Positions 20,986 to 31,442 of a DNA stretch of 64,000 nt are shown piece by piece. This DNA is from Candidatus Hydrothermarchaeum profundi (GTDB lineage: Archaea; Hydrothermarchaeota; Hydrothermarchaeia; Hydrothermarchaeales; Hydrothermarchaeaceae): NCBI GenBank assembly GCA_002011125.2, contig MTMF02000009.1, positions 1,800,989 through 1,864,988 of the forward strand. The letters run 5' to 3'. The notes below the pieces were generated by a model. The model did not search any database. It saw only the letters and a list, made by a program, of their open reading frames with translations, and was not told the origin of the DNA. The position numbers were made by a program, and so were the translations under genes. Position 1 is the stretch's first letter, and the number at the start of each line of letters is the position of its first letter.

Positions 20986-22260
20986 TTATAGATAACAAAC
21001 TGGAGCGAACATAATAAGTGTATTATTAACTTTTTCCTTACCCCAGAAATCTTTTGTAACTACCAACGCTCTTTTTGGTTTGTATGTCTTGATGAAACTC
21101 CTCAGGCTTCTTGAAATCTTCGGTTTCTTAAATGTCTGATATTTAACTTCTATCGGAATCACCTGATTATTTACTCTAAGTACAAAATCAACTTCTGCCT
21201 TTGCTATGGTTCTCCAGTAATTTATTGTACTGCTAGGAAAGCTATTCCTCAAGCAGAGAAAAACAAAGTTTTCAACCAACGTCCCAGAGTCTATCCTTTT
21301 CTCAATGGAACTGAAGTTGTCAGTTATATAATTCCTCAGTCCCAAATCATAGAAATATACTTTAGGAACTTTCTTCAGCTCTGTTATTGGATTCCTATAA
21401 AAAGGCTGAATCAGTTTTATTATATATGTCTCTGATAGTATCGAAATTATCCTTTTTAATTCTTTATAATAAATCTGACATGTCAGGCAGATGTCATTGT
21501 AATTTATCAAATTTCCTATAAGAGTGGCCAAGACCCTAACCACACATCTGTACTTAAATGCATCACTTATTTTGAGAAATTCTATAACATCCTTTGAGAT
21601 ATATGTGTCGTAAATGTTCTTTAATATCATCCTCTTGGTTTCAAAGTCTTCTGCTTTTATAACAGCAGGATATCCTCCAAAAGTCACGTATTCATTAAAC
21701 AATGGCGTAAGTTCTTTCAAGAAAATATCTTTTTCTACAGAGACTTTGCCTTTTAGTAAGAATTTTCTAATGCAATTATTTCTATTTTCATAGATATTTG
21801 CGAGCCTAGAATTTTTTGCGACCAAGAATTCATGAAAACTAAAGGGAAATAACTCAAAGAAAAATACTCTTCCAACCAAAAATTTAGCCATCGCTCCACT
21901 AAGCTCTAGGGAAGAACTACCAGTAACTATAAATTTCACATTATCAAAACTATCATACAATAACTTGAGCTTTTTTCCAGGATCCCTAACATAGTGGTAC
22001 TCATCAAGTAGAAGATAGTATTTACCTTCCGTCAAAAGGAAACTCCGTATATATTCTTTAGGATTTACTTCAAATGCTTCGAGAATATCTGGATCTTCAA
22101 AATTTAGGTAAACTACATTTTCTCTTACCTTTCTTTCTAATATTTTTAGAATAGTAGTTTTGCCAGATTGCCTTGGGCCTTTGATAGCATATGCTTCTTT
22201 TCTATCCAGCCATTTTATCAGGTATGGTAAAATATCTCTCGGGAATATCTCCTTATTCAT
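20986..22260 (-). CDS. AAA_14 ATPase with C-terminal DUF4143 (PD-(D/E)xK-like) domain
   Basis: GPRQSGKTT, LLDE, TGSSS, GGYP, KVYFYDLG, EVDFV..IPIEVK; AT-rich. Confidence 0.9.
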   Translation of the reverse strand: MNKEIFPRDILPYLIKWLDRKEAYAIKGPRQSGKTTILKILERKVRENVVYLNFEDPDILEAFEVNPKEYIRSFLLTEGKYYLLLDEYHYVRDPGKKLKLLYDSFDNVKFIVTGSSSLELSGAMAKFLVGRVFFFELFPFSFHEFLVAKNSRLANIYENRNNCIRKFLLKGKVSVEKDIFLKELTPLFNEYVTFGGYPAVIKAEDFETKRMILKNIYDTYISKDVIEFLKISDAFKYRCVVRVLATLIGNLINYNDICLTCQIYYKELKRIISILSETYIIKLIQPFYRNPITELKKVPKVYFYDLGLRNYITDNFSSIEKRIDSGTLVENFVFLCLRNSFPSSTINYWRTIAKAEVDFVLRVNNQVIPIEVKYQTFKKPKISRSLRSFIKTYKPKRALVVTKDFWGKEKVNNTLIMFAPVCYL

Positions 22261-22430
22261 GTTAATACTAGTATTTTTTAATAAATTTAAATTTTACTAA
22301 TGTTATAAAAAAATATCTTTATGATTTAGATACCGACACATGCAAAGAAAAACCTTTTCCGTTTAGAGATCCAGGCAATGCGAATTATGAGCAACGTATA
22401 TGCGGAGATATAATTTTCAGACATTAATAG

Positions 22431-22505
22431 TGGGGCCATCCGGATTCGAACCGGAGTCCATGGCTCCCAAAGCCACGAGGATCGACCAAGCTACCCTATG
22501 GCCCC
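22431..22505 (-). tRNA. tRNA-Pro(TGG)
   Basis: GGGGCCATAGGGTAGCTTGGTCGATCCTCGTGGCTT-TGG-GAGCCATGGACTCCGGTTCGAATCCGGATGGCCCCA cloverleaf; CCA not encoded. Confidence 0.95.
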
Positions 22506-22560
22506 TTATCTTTTATCAATCTCTAACATTTAAAGATTTTATTCTTAGAATTATAAAGAA

Positions 22561-22627
22561 AATAATCCAAGAAAAAGAGTTAATAAAAAATTAAAAAAAG
22601 AAAAAATAGAAGGCATATATGCCTTCT
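22561..22627 (-). terminator. S-layer gene terminator
   Basis: Perfect 20-bp palindrome AGAAGGCATATATGCCTTCT (22608-22627) followed on the minus strand by long T tracts. Confidence 0.65.
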
Positions 22628-25122
22628 TAAAGTGCAGCTGCTAGAGCATCTGCAGCCGCCTTTGTTGCCTCTCTGTTCTTACCAGCGACAATTATGCCGG
22701 TAAATCCAGTAGAAGGATAGTCGCTTACTAGCTCTATATCTCCATCACTAGTATACCAATCCACTTTAGACTTACCAGCAGTCACAAGCTCTGCTACAAG
22801 ACTATTAGCAACGGGTCCACCAATTAACACGAGATTCATATTCGTGCTAGCGGTGTCTTCATCGACTATCTCTAGCTCCGGAATCTTAGTCTCAGCTGCT
22901 CCTGTAGCAGAAACTGTGAAGGAGCTGGTGTCATCATCCACTATAGGCTCGTAGTCAGAATTAGAATCCTTCAACTTGGTACCACTAGCCACCGAGACAC
23001 TCTTCTTACGAACAACCTTGAGCTTCCTCGCCAAAGACCAGTCAAGCTGATACTGAGTACCCGGGATATCCACCTTATCATCCTTAACCAAAGAGATAGG
23101 ATCACTCAACAACACAAGCTTGTTAGCACCACTAGTATACGAGTTACTCCCAGCAGCAAAGTCGGTGTCATTCACCTGAGCCTCATAATAGCCCAGTGCA
23201 CCAGACTGATCATCAGAAACCTCGAAAATCTGTGAAGACTCAGTCAACCTGACCTCAATCGAATCAGCTGTGCCAGAACTTGCATATGCCCAGATCTTAT
23301 AGGCATCAAAGGCATCAGAGTTATCAGTAACATCCGAAGTAATGTCCTTCGGGCTCAGCTGAGAAAGAGTCAAAGGCAACTGATACTGAACCTCAGTACC
23401 GTCAATAATAACAAGATACCCTGTACTCGCACCTGAAGCTGACTTGATAAACTGCATTTTCTTAGAACCAGAGATAACCACGGCATTAGCAGCATCAATA
23501 GAAGTCGTATAATACAGGCTCTTCGTTATAGCCGGACCCATCTTAACGGTCTGACCATTATTAGTCAAATCAGTAACCAAATAATCAGTGCCCTTAATCG
23601 TCACAACAGAGCCCTCAACACTCGAAATATCAATAACCTCCGCCATCTGCACATCGCCAGAAGTACCGTCAATGACATACACCGCATTATAGAGCTCATA
23701 GTCATCAGCACTCGTAAGATCACCGTCAGCATTGTCATCAAAATACAAGCTACCGCTCAAATTCCTAAGCTCATCAGCAACACCGCTCAAACTATTAGTA
23801 GTCGTAGCCATAGTCGTACCAGTCCAAATCGCAGAAGCAGTTCCATCATCATCAAGCTCGTTCACTGTATAATCAAACTTGATATCACCACCAACTAACG
23901 ATACTATGAAGGAGCTGGTGTCATCATCCACTATAGGCTCGTAGTCAGAATTAGAATCCTTCAACTTGGTACCACTAGCCACCGAGACACTCTTCTTACG
24001 AACAACCTTGAGCTTCCTCGCCAAAGACCAGTCAAGCTGATACTGAGTACCCGGGATATCCACCTTATCATCCTTAACCAAAGAGATAGGATCACTCAAC
24101 AACACAAGCTTGTTAGCACCACTAGTATACGAGTTACTCCCAGCAGCAAAGTCGGTGTCATTCACCTGAGCCTCATAATAGCCCAGTGCACCAGACTGAT
24201 CATCAGAAACCTCGAAAATCTGTGAAGACTCAGTCAACCTGACCTCAATCGAATCAGCTGTGCCAGAACTTGCATATGCCCAGATCTTATAGGCATCAAA
24301 GGCATCAGAGTTATCAGTAACATCCGAAGTAATGTCCTTCGGGCTCAGCTGAGAAAGAGTCAAAGGCAACTGATACTGAACCTCAGTACCGTCAATAATA
24401 ACAAGATACCCTGTACTCGCACCTGAAGCTGACTTGATAAACTGCATTTTCTTAGAACCAGAGATAACCACGGCATTAGCAGCATCAATAGAAGTCGTAT
24501 AATACAGGCTCTTCGTTATAGCCGGACCCATCTTAACGGTCTGACCATTATTAGTCAAATCAGTAACCAAATAATCAGTGCCCTTAATCGTCACAACAGA
24601 GCCCTCAACACTCGAAATATCAATAACCTCCGCCATCTGCACATCGCCAGAAGTACCGTCAATGACATACACCGCATTATAGAGCTCATAGTCATCAGCA
24701 CTCGTAAGATCACCGTCAGCATTGTCATCAAAATACAAGCTACCGCTCAAATTCCTAAGCTCATCAGCAACACCGCTCAAACTATTAGTAGTCGTAGCCA
24801 TAGTCGTACCAGTCCAAATCGCAGAAGCAGTTCCATCATCATCAAGCTCGTTCACTGTATAATCAAACTTGATATCACCACCGGGCACGGTGTATGTGAG
24901 TTTCGTCTTAACTGCGTCAGCTATAATTTGAGCACTCGCAGTATCTGCTACCTTACCCGGGGCATCCTTACCCACTACTAATTGGGCTTTCGCTACTCCT
25001 TTATCAGCAAGCATCGAAGCCTTAAAATCCGACGGTACTGTTACCGCCGCAGCCATTCCGATAGTAGCCCCTATAAATAAGGCCCCAGTCGCAATGGCTC
25101 CTATCTTTTTCACATTTACCAT
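22627..25122 (-). CDS. S-layer protein (Thermococcales/Methanococcales type) with a duplicated ~325-aa central domain
   Basis: Signal KKIGAIATGALFIGATIG, LVVG..A...D..SA, C-terminal NLVLIGGPVANSL..IVAG.NREAT..AA; GAGGAGGT SD. Confidence 0.9.
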   Translation of the reverse strand: MVNVKKIGAIATGALFIGATIGMAAAVTVPSDFKASMLADKGVAKAQLVVGKDAPGKVADTASAQIIADAVKTKLTYTVPGGDIKFDYTVNELDDDGTASAIWTGTTMATTTNSLSGVADELRNLSGSLYFDDNADGDLTSADDYELYNAVYVIDGTSGDVQMAEVIDISSVEGSVVTIKGTDYLVTDLTNNGQTVKMGPAITKSLYYTTSIDAANAVVISGSKKMQFIKSASGASTGYLVIIDGTEVQYQLPLTLSQLSPKDITSDVTDNSDAFDAYKIWAYASSGTADSIEVRLTESSQIFEVSDDQSGALGYYEAQVNDTDFAAGSNSYTSGANKLVLLSDPISLVKDDKVDIPGTQYQLDWSLARKLKVVRKKSVSVASGTKLKDSNSDYEPIVDDDTSSFIVSLVGGDIKFDYTVNELDDDGTASAIWTGTTMATTTNSLSGVADELRNLSGSLYFDDNADGDLTSADDYELYNAVYVIDGTSGDVQMAEVIDISSVEGSVVTIKGTDYLVTDLTNNGQTVKMGPAITKSLYYTTSIDAANAVVISGSKKMQFIKSASGASTGYLVIIDGTEVQYQLPLTLSQLSPKDITSDVTDNSDAFDAYKIWAYASSGTADSIEVRLTESSQIFEVSDDQSGALGYYEAQVNDTDFAAGSNSYTSGANKLVLLSDPISLVKDDKVDIPGTQYQLDWSLARKLKVVRKKSVSVASGTKLKDSNSDYEPIVDDDTSSFTVSATGAAETKIPELEIVDEDTASTNMNLVLIGGPVANSLVAELVTAGKSKVDWYTSDGDIELVSDYPSTGFTGIIVAGKNREATKAAADALAAAL
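22917..24882. repeat. Tandem 976-bp direct repeat (22917-23892 and 23907-24882), period 990 bp
   Basis: Copies read as identical at DNA and protein level; unique 14-bp spacer at 23893-23906. Confidence 0.95.
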
Positions 25123-25180
25123 ACTACCACATACCTCCTCTGGGTAATTTTTAATTGAGATGGATTTCCCTATTACCCGA

Positions 25181-25196
25181 TATATATATCTTTCGA
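25181..25196 (-). promoter_or_regulatory. BRE/TATA promoter of S-layer gene
   Basis: Minus strand CGAAAG-ATATATATA about 60 bp upstream of the ATG. Confidence 0.5.
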
Positions 25197-25272
25197 TTCA
25201 TATAGTTCCGAACGTATTTTTCATTTTGCGCCAAAAAAAATAAAAGGGAGAGAATAAGCAAATCCTATTGAT

Positions 25273-27024
25273 ATGAACAAAGCAATTATATTATTGGTAT
25301 TACTTTCATCTCTATCTGTAGTATACGGCGACATGTTTGAAACAACTAGAGTTGGCATAGGACCTCCACCCTACTCAATTGTAGCTTTAGACACGGATGG
25401 TGACGGAATTCAAGATACAGCAGTTATTGGCACCGCTTTAAAGGCTTTTGCCTTGGGTTATCAAGGGTGGGAAGTCTCTGTAACTAGTGTAAGAAGCATT
25501 GGAAAGGTTGATTTGGACTCCGATGGTCTCTTACAAGAAGTTGTTATAGCTGGTGATAATATTGTAGCTGTAGATTCTAATGGTAATGAACTATGGAGGA
25601 AAACTACTAGTAGTTATTCAGCTGTTGCAGCTGATCTCAATGGAGATGGAAAACTAAATGAAGTCGTCGTAGGAGGATGGAATGCTGTATATGCTTATGA
25701 TAGCTCTGGGGCATTGCTATGGGAATACACCCAATTAGAGGGGGGAGTTAATCATCTAGTTGCCTTAAAGGACCGTATAATAGCCGGGTCAGGGAAAGTA
25801 CTTCATGGGATAACATTAGATGGGGACCCAGCTTGGAGCAAGGTTTTTCAAGAAAATATTGGAGCCATAACAAAGATAGAGGCTGACGGCCAAGAATGTG
25901 TGGTAGTCGCTTTATTAGACGGTAGCGTTAACGCATATAGTCCTTATGGTGTTAGCAAAGATTGGAACTTTAAACAAAACCACGAAGGCTCTAAAATAAC
26001 GATGATAGCATTTGATAGAAATTCACGAGGGAAACTTGACCATGTTTTATTTAATCTTGACTTTAAGGTATATATAGTCAATTCAAAAGGCTTTCAAGCC
26101 GGAAGCATGTCTATCGCCTTCTCCACCGCTTTGTCCACTGCAGATTTCGATGGGGACGGAATACTAGATGACGTAGTAATAGGAAAGGAGAGTTCAAATA
26201 GTCCTGGAGATCTTTTCGCCTATAGCGCCTTTGGACAGGAACTCGGAATCCTTGAAGGAGTAGGAGGTACGAGAATAGCGGCTATAGATTACGATTTTGA
26301 TTCAAGAGCGGATGACATCATTGTCCTAAGTAAATATGATGCCAGCGCTCATATAATAATCTCTACAATAAGCGATAATACAACTGCTACACAGCCTATA
26401 ACAACTCCTCCGCCTACAACCCGGGCCCCAGTAACTACAGCTCCACCAACTACTGCTCCTCCTCCAACAACTACTATCTCAGTTGACCTCGGACCAGATA
26501 GGACGATTACCGAGGGAGAAGAGATAACTTTAACACCAACAGCAACAGCCACGACTGGAGGTAAAATAGTCTCATATATATGGACTGAAGATGGCAAACT
26601 ACTGGGGGATACCCCAACCCTAACTCTCTCGCTAGAAGAAGGTACTCACAATATCTCGCTAAAAATTACTGACAGCTTCGGAGCTACATCCACGGACAGC
26701 ATTATAATAACCGTTAAACCAAGAGAAAAGGTACCTTCAAGCTCAGACTCAGACGAAGATGGATTAACAGATGAACAAGAAAAGATACTCGGTACTGATC
26801 CCTTTAAACCCGATACTGACGGAGACGGAATAATAGACTCGAAAGATCCTAATCCTCTTGTGCCTGAAGAAGAAGGTTTCTCCATCCCCTCGCTAGGAGG
26901 TATAAGCCCCTACCTCGGGTACTTGAAATGGGTTGCACTAGCTGTTGTGGGAGTTATATTAATCATATATATAAGAGAAAAAATTCTAGACTTCCTATGG
27001 GAAAGACGACAGGAATGGGAATAA
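25273..27024 (+). CDS. Cell-surface protein: FG-GAP/VCBS-like beta-propeller, Pro/Thr linker, PKD-like domain, Ca-binding DxDxDG repeats, C-terminal TM
   Basis: Signal peptide; repeated DLDSDG/DLNGDG/DFDGDG; [11 protein letters not shown]; [21 protein letters not shown]; TM; ends QEWE. Confidence 0.85.
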   Translation: MNKAIILLVLLSSLSVVYGDMFETTRVGIGPPPYSIVALDTDGDGIQDTAVIGTALKAFALGYQGWEVSVTSVRSIGKVDLDSDGLLQEVVIAGDNIVAVDSNGNELWRKTTSSYSAVAADLNGDGKLNEVVVGGWNAVYAYDSSGALLWEYTQLEGGVNHLVALKDRIIAGSGKVLHGITLDGDPAWSKVFQENIGAITKIEADGQECVVVALLDGSVNAYSPYGVSKDWNFKQNHEGSKITMIAFDRNSRGKLDHVLFNLDFKVYIVNSKGFQAGSMSIAFSTALSTADFDGDGILDDVVIGKESSNSPGDLFAYSAFGQELGILEGVGGTRIAAIDYDFDSRADDIIVLSKYDASAHIIISTISDNTTATQPITTPPPTTRAPVTTAPPTTAPPPTTTISVDLGPDRTITEGEEITLTPTATATTGGKIVSYIWTEDGKLLGDTPTLTLSLEEGTHNISLKITDSFGATSTDSIIITVKPREKVPSSSDSDEDGLTDEQEKILGTDPFKPDTDGDGIIDSKDPNPLVPEEEGFSIPSLGGISPYLGYLKWVALAVVGVILIIYIREKILDFLWERRQEWE

Positions 27025-27056
27025 ATTTATATGCAAGCATAAAGGTGCTTTATCTT

Positions 27057-28757
27057 ATGAAACACGTGTTTTTAGTTCTTATTCCTCTAATCCTCCTAGC
27101 GCAGGGTGTATATGCAGATGAACTGACGGAGAAATTTGATAAAGACTACACTTCATATGAAGAATCTATTACGGGGAGGGCTTCAATGGCAATTATAGAC
27201 TTTGACTCTGATGGAAAAATGGACGGCGTCGCTATCCTAGATGTAAAGAGTAGTAGAGTTCTTGCCATAAGCTTTAGCGGCCCTTTAAATCTCCTTTGGA
27301 AGAAATCCGTTAAGCCTGGGTTGACTGAGGGGATAATAATAGCCGCAGATATAACTGGAGATGGACGTAAAAATGAAGTCGTGGTAGGTTCCGGTAAGAC
27401 CTACGTCTTTGACTCCTCAGGAAATGTAGAATGGACTTTTGAAAGTGGAGCGGCAGTATATTCTATAGCAACTGCTGATCTTGACGAAGATGGCACTCCC
27501 AATGACTTAGTTATAGGAGCTCATGGGGTATTATATGTTGTTGACCACAATGGAAAGTCTCTATGGAATATCACTGGACTTGCCGCAAGTGTTGAAGCAG
27601 TGACATCTCTTGACCTAAATAAAAACGGTAAACCTGAAGGAGTCGCGTATGCCACAAGCAAGTTTCTCTATGTCACAGATTCAGAGGGTAAGCAACTTTG
27701 GACTAGAAGCCTCCCAAAAAATATATTCTCGGCGATCTCACTTGACCTAGACGGGGATGGATACTCCTCAGAAATAGTAGTGGCATCGTCTAATGGCAAT
27801 GTTACTGCATATGACTCCGAGGGAAACTACTTGTGGAGTTATTTTGCTTACACAAGCGAGGGCAGGAGAATAAAGCTTTACAAGGCAGACCTGGATTCAG
27901 ACGGTATTGTAAATAATGTGATAATCCAAGCAGATGTTTTGCATGCCTTAAATCCAGACGGTACTAATAAATGGAAATTCAACGTAGGAATAGATTCTTT
28001 ATCCTCTATAGACTTTAACTCAGACGGATCTTATGAGGGATTAATCGGAGGCACTAAGTCAAAAATATATGCTATTAACCCCCTCGGTCAACAGGTAGGA
28101 TTTTATGATGAGGATAGTCAGAAGTTTAAGCCCTATAATAAGACTGGAGCTGAGATAGCGATAAGTGCAGCAGACTTAGATGGAGATGGCTATCTAGATG
28201 ACGTAATAGGCATAGGAAAAAACACAATATTCGCTTTGAACCATATATCTCTCGCACCGGCGCCCGAAACTCCTCCTCCAGTAACTGAGATAAAAGTCGA
28301 CTTAGGACCTGATATAGAAGTCACAGAGGGTGCTGTGGTTACCTTGACTGCCGAGGCTACGCCAAGCACAGCATCTGGAAGAATAGAACTGTATAAGTGG
28401 AGCGTGGATGGAGTAGATAAAAGCGCTGGAAGGGACGTAAAGGCCTTCAGCATAACACTTCCACCAGGCACCCATACCATAAAAGTTTCAGTCGTAGACG
28501 ACAGAGGAGAAAAAGCTGAAGATACGGTCACAATCACCGTGAAGCCGGTTTCAACTCCTCTACCGCAAACTACTGCGCCACCAACTACCACGCCAATAGA
28601 GACTACCCCGCCCCCAACAACTGTGCCTCCACTGGCTGAAGAGAAACCTCCTATTCCATGGTTATATCTCCTAATTGGTGTGATAATAGGCATCGTGGTA
28701 GTAGGGATAATTGCATTGGTAATGTTAAGAGGTAAATCCGGGGAAGAGTGGGAATAA
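27057..28757 (+). CDS. Paralogous FG-GAP beta-propeller/PKD cell-surface protein with C-terminal TM
   Basis: Signal peptide from ATG 27057; repeated D(L/F)DxDG; VDLGPDIEVTEG; PT-rich stalk; TM; ends EEWE. Confidence 0.85.
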   Translation: MKHVFLVLIPLILLAQGVYADELTEKFDKDYTSYEESITGRASMAIIDFDSDGKMDGVAILDVKSSRVLAISFSGPLNLLWKKSVKPGLTEGIIIAADITGDGRKNEVVVGSGKTYVFDSSGNVEWTFESGAAVYSIATADLDEDGTPNDLVIGAHGVLYVVDHNGKSLWNITGLAASVEAVTSLDLNKNGKPEGVAYATSKFLYVTDSEGKQLWTRSLPKNIFSAISLDLDGDGYSSEIVVASSNGNVTAYDSEGNYLWSYFAYTSEGRRIKLYKADLDSDGIVNNVIIQADVLHALNPDGTNKWKFNVGIDSLSSIDFNSDGSYEGLIGGTKSKIYAINPLGQQVGFYDEDSQKFKPYNKTGAEIAISAADLDGDGYLDDVIGIGKNTIFALNHISLAPAPETPPPVTEIKVDLGPDIEVTEGAVVTLTAEATPSTASGRIELYKWSVDGVDKSAGRDVKAFSITLPPGTHTIKVSVVDDRGEKAEDTVTITVKPVSTPLPQTTAPPTTTPIETTPPPTTVPPLAEEKPPIPWLYLLIGVIIGIVVVGIIALVMLRGKSGEEWE

Positions 28758-28845
28758 CATCCAGACATTTCGCAAGGACTTAAGAATCTCTTTGTAGTTT
28801 TGGAAAGATTTATTAAATAGTAATAGTTAAGGGTTTTTGATTTCC

Positions 28846-29760
28846 ATGCCTATCCAAGAAGTAGAAAAAATATGGATGAACGGTAAGCTGGTAAAATGGC
28901 ACGACGCCAAGATACACGTGCTTACCCATGCCCTCCACTACGGCTCTGGCGTATTCGAGGGGATACGATGCTATAATACAGTAAAAGGTCCTGCTGTTTT
29001 TAGGCTGCGAGATCATATTGACAGACTTTTCGACTCAGCTAGGCTCTACTTCATGGAGATACCCTATTCTCGCGAAGAAATAATCTCTGCTTGCAAGGAG
29101 GTTATCAGGGCCAATAAGCTTAAAGAATGCTATATAAGGCCTATAGCTTATAGAGGCTATGGAGAAATGGGTCTAAATCCCCTGAACTGCCCAGTAGATA
29201 TTGCAATAGCGGTCTGGCCTTGGGGAGCCTATCTAGGGGAAGAGGGCCTAAAAAAAGGTATTAGAGTTAAAACCTCAACTTTTCAGAGAATTTCCTCCAA
29301 TGTCATTCCCCCGATTGCTAAGGCTACTGGACAATATATTAACTCTATTCTAGGGAAGCTTGAATCACTCCACGCGGGATACGATGAGGCTATAATGCTA
29401 GACTATAGAGGCTTTGTCTCAGAGGGTCCTGGTGAGAACCTTTTCATAGTCAAGAAGGGCCTGATTTACACTCCGCCAAGCAATGCGAGTATCTTAATAG
29501 GTATAACTAGAAATTCGGTTATAACTATAGCGAGAGAGCTTGGGTATGAGGTGATTGAGAGGGATATAACTAAGAACGAACTATATTTAGCGGATGAGGT
29601 CTTTTTCACAGGTACTGCAGCCGAGATCACGCCGATTAGAGAAATAGATGGCTATCAAATAGGAAACCCAGGAGAGGTTACTAAGAGCATTCAGCAAAAA
29701 TTCTTCAAGATAATTAAGGGAGAAGACGAGAGATATATGGAATGGCTGGATTTCCTCTGA
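28846..29760 (+). CDS. ilvE: Branched-chain amino acid aminotransferase
   Basis: [41 protein letters not shown]. Confidence 0.95.
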   Translation: MPIQEVEKIWMNGKLVKWHDAKIHVLTHALHYGSGVFEGIRCYNTVKGPAVFRLRDHIDRLFDSARLYFMEIPYSREEIISACKEVIRANKLKECYIRPIAYRGYGEMGLNPLNCPVDIAIAVWPWGAYLGEEGLKKGIRVKTSTFQRISSNVIPPIAKATGQYINSILGKLESLHAGYDEAIMLDYRGFVSEGPGENLFIVKKGLIYTPPSNASILIGITRNSVITIARELGYEVIERDITKNELYLADEVFFTGTAAEITPIREIDGYQIGNPGEVTKSIQQKFFKIIKGEDERYMEWLDFL

Positions 29761-29823
29761 TTTTCTGCTATTTTTTAGAATTTAAACGCAAAAATATTAT
29801 TTGGTGAGTGGATTATTTTATTT

Positions 29824-29897
29824 GCCCACGTAGTATAGTCCGGATAGTACTCGGGGCTTCGGACCCCGTAACCCGGGTTCAAATCCCGGCGTGGGCA
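29824..29897 (+). tRNA. tRNA-Arg(TCG)
   Basis: GCCCACG acceptor stem, CGGGG-CT-TCG-GA-CCCCG anticodon arm, GGTTCAAATCC T-arm. Confidence 0.93.
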
Positions 29898-29992
29898 TAT
29901 CATATTCAGATGAAGTTGAAAAATGAGTATTGGTTTGAGGTAATTCAGCTTCCTATATAAAGTAAAAAAAAGAAGTAGATAAGGGGAGAAAA

Positions 29993-31381
29993 GTGCTTAA
30001 AAAGATAAAGAAACATTTACTGGGATTAGCAATTGGAAGTAGTGGCTGGATAATTTTAGCTACTTATATAATCTACGAGTATAGGGAATTTGGAGCTTTT
30101 AGCAAGCTGTTAGAGCACTTTGGAGAATCATCGCCCCTTGTCTTATTATTTCATATAATGATTCTACTAGCTCCAGTAATGTCTACATTACTTGGCTATT
30201 TAGCTGAGAAGAAAACAGAACTACAAAAAGAACTGGCAGAGGCAAAGGAATTCCTTGAGAATATAATTGAGAGTTCCGCAGATTCTATAATTACTCTTGA
30301 CAAAGATGGGAGAATTATCCAATGGAATAAGAGCGCTGCAAGGATATTCGGATACGAGGATGCCCTAGGCAAAGAAGCATCAATTATAATTCCAGATGAG
30401 TTAATTGAAGAACATAAAAAAGCCCTAGAAATGGCTAATGAGCGTGGCGTCTATAACTATGAAACAACAAGAGTAACTAAGGATGGGCAAAGAATACCCG
30501 TAGAGATATCAACGTCTATACTCAAGGACAGGAAAGGAAACATATTAGGATACATCGAGATACTTAGAGATATAACTGAAAGAAAGGAAGCAGAGCGTAA
30601 ACTAAGGGAGAGCAGAGACGCTTATGTGAAGCTGCTTCAAGAAAAACACAGAGCACATAAGGAACTCCAAGCAGCATATAATGAATTAAAAACTCTTGAT
30701 AAAATGAAAGCTGATATCATTGCAAATGTCCGTCATGAACTTAAAACGCCTATAACCATAGTTAAGGGAGCTCTTGAACTGCTAGAAGAAGAAATAGATG
30801 GTAACACCAAGCTTGAACTAATAAAAAGAGCTAAAAAGGCGATTCGACGGCAAGAGAAAATCATTGACGACCTTATTGAAGCGGCTGAGCTGGGAAAAAG
30901 GAAACCTATGATAAAACTAAGGCCTATTGAGATAAAGAGCATAATAACTGACGCAATTGAAGAGGCTCGTCAAAATGCTGCAGGTAAGAATATCAGAATA
31001 GATGCATCCATCCAAGAAAAGTTGCCGCAAGTAGTGGGAGATAGCGAGAGTCTAAAGCATGTACTCAGGAATCTGCTAGATAATGCGATAAAGTTCAACC
31101 AACAGGGGGGAAAAGTCTTCGTAGAGGCAAGAGAAAAAGGGGAGTTCGTCGAAGTAAGCATACAGGATACAGGTATAGGCATTGCTAGTGAACATCTCAA
31201 CAAAATCTTTGAACCATTATACCAGGTCGACTCCTCGTCAACTAGGAGATACAGTGGAACAGGAATGGGGCTCGCTGTGGCAAAGGAGATAATTAAACTC
31301 CATCACGGAGATATCGGTGTAGAGAGTACACCTGGTAAAGGCTCTAAGTTCTGGTTTAGAATACCTAAGAGAAAAAAATAA
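29993..31381 (+). CDS. Membrane PAS-domain sensor histidine kinase
   Basis: 2 TM, PAS (DITERK), HELKTP, NLLDNAIKF, DTGIG, GTGMGL. Confidence 0.93.
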   Translation: MLKKIKKHLLGLAIGSSGWIILATYIIYEYREFGAFSKLLEHFGESSPLVLLFHIMILLAPVMSTLLGYLAEKKTELQKELAEAKEFLENIIESSADSIITLDKDGRIIQWNKSAARIFGYEDALGKEASIIIPDELIEEHKKALEMANERGVYNYETTRVTKDGQRIPVEISTSILKDRKGNILGYIEILRDITERKEAERKLRESRDAYVKLLQEKHRAHKELQAAYNELKTLDKMKADIIANVRHELKTPITIVKGALELLEEEIDGNTKLELIKRAKKAIRRQEKIIDDLIEAAELGKRKPMIKLRPIEIKSIITDAIEEARQNAAGKNIRIDASIQEKLPQVVGDSESLKHVLRNLLDNAIKFNQQGGKVFVEAREKGEFVEVSIQDTGIGIASEHLNKIFEPLYQVDSSSTRRYSGTGMGLAVAKEIIKLHHGDIGVESTPGKGSKFWFRIPKRKK

Positions 31382-31442
31382 GGTATAGCATATTTTTCTG
31401 AAGATAACTATTTTTATATAACCCCTAGCGGAGGTAATTAAC

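Noticed and set aside
20820-22505. Integrated element bounded by att sites at tRNA-Pro or tRNA-Arg
   Set aside because: No duplicate of either tRNA 3' end and no integrase seen in the window
22400-22594. 64-aa ORF over the tRNA
   Set aside because: Antisense to tRNA-Pro; not a credible protein
22917-24882. Repeats as a CRISPR array, DGR template/variable pair or transposon ends
   Set aside because: No short repeat-spacer periodicity, no adenine-specific mismatches between copies, and no reverse transcriptase, transposase or recombinase in the window
26928-27056. Cys-rich N-terminal extension of the second FG-GAP protein
   Set aside because: Overlaps the upstream gene; the signal peptide starts at ATG 27057
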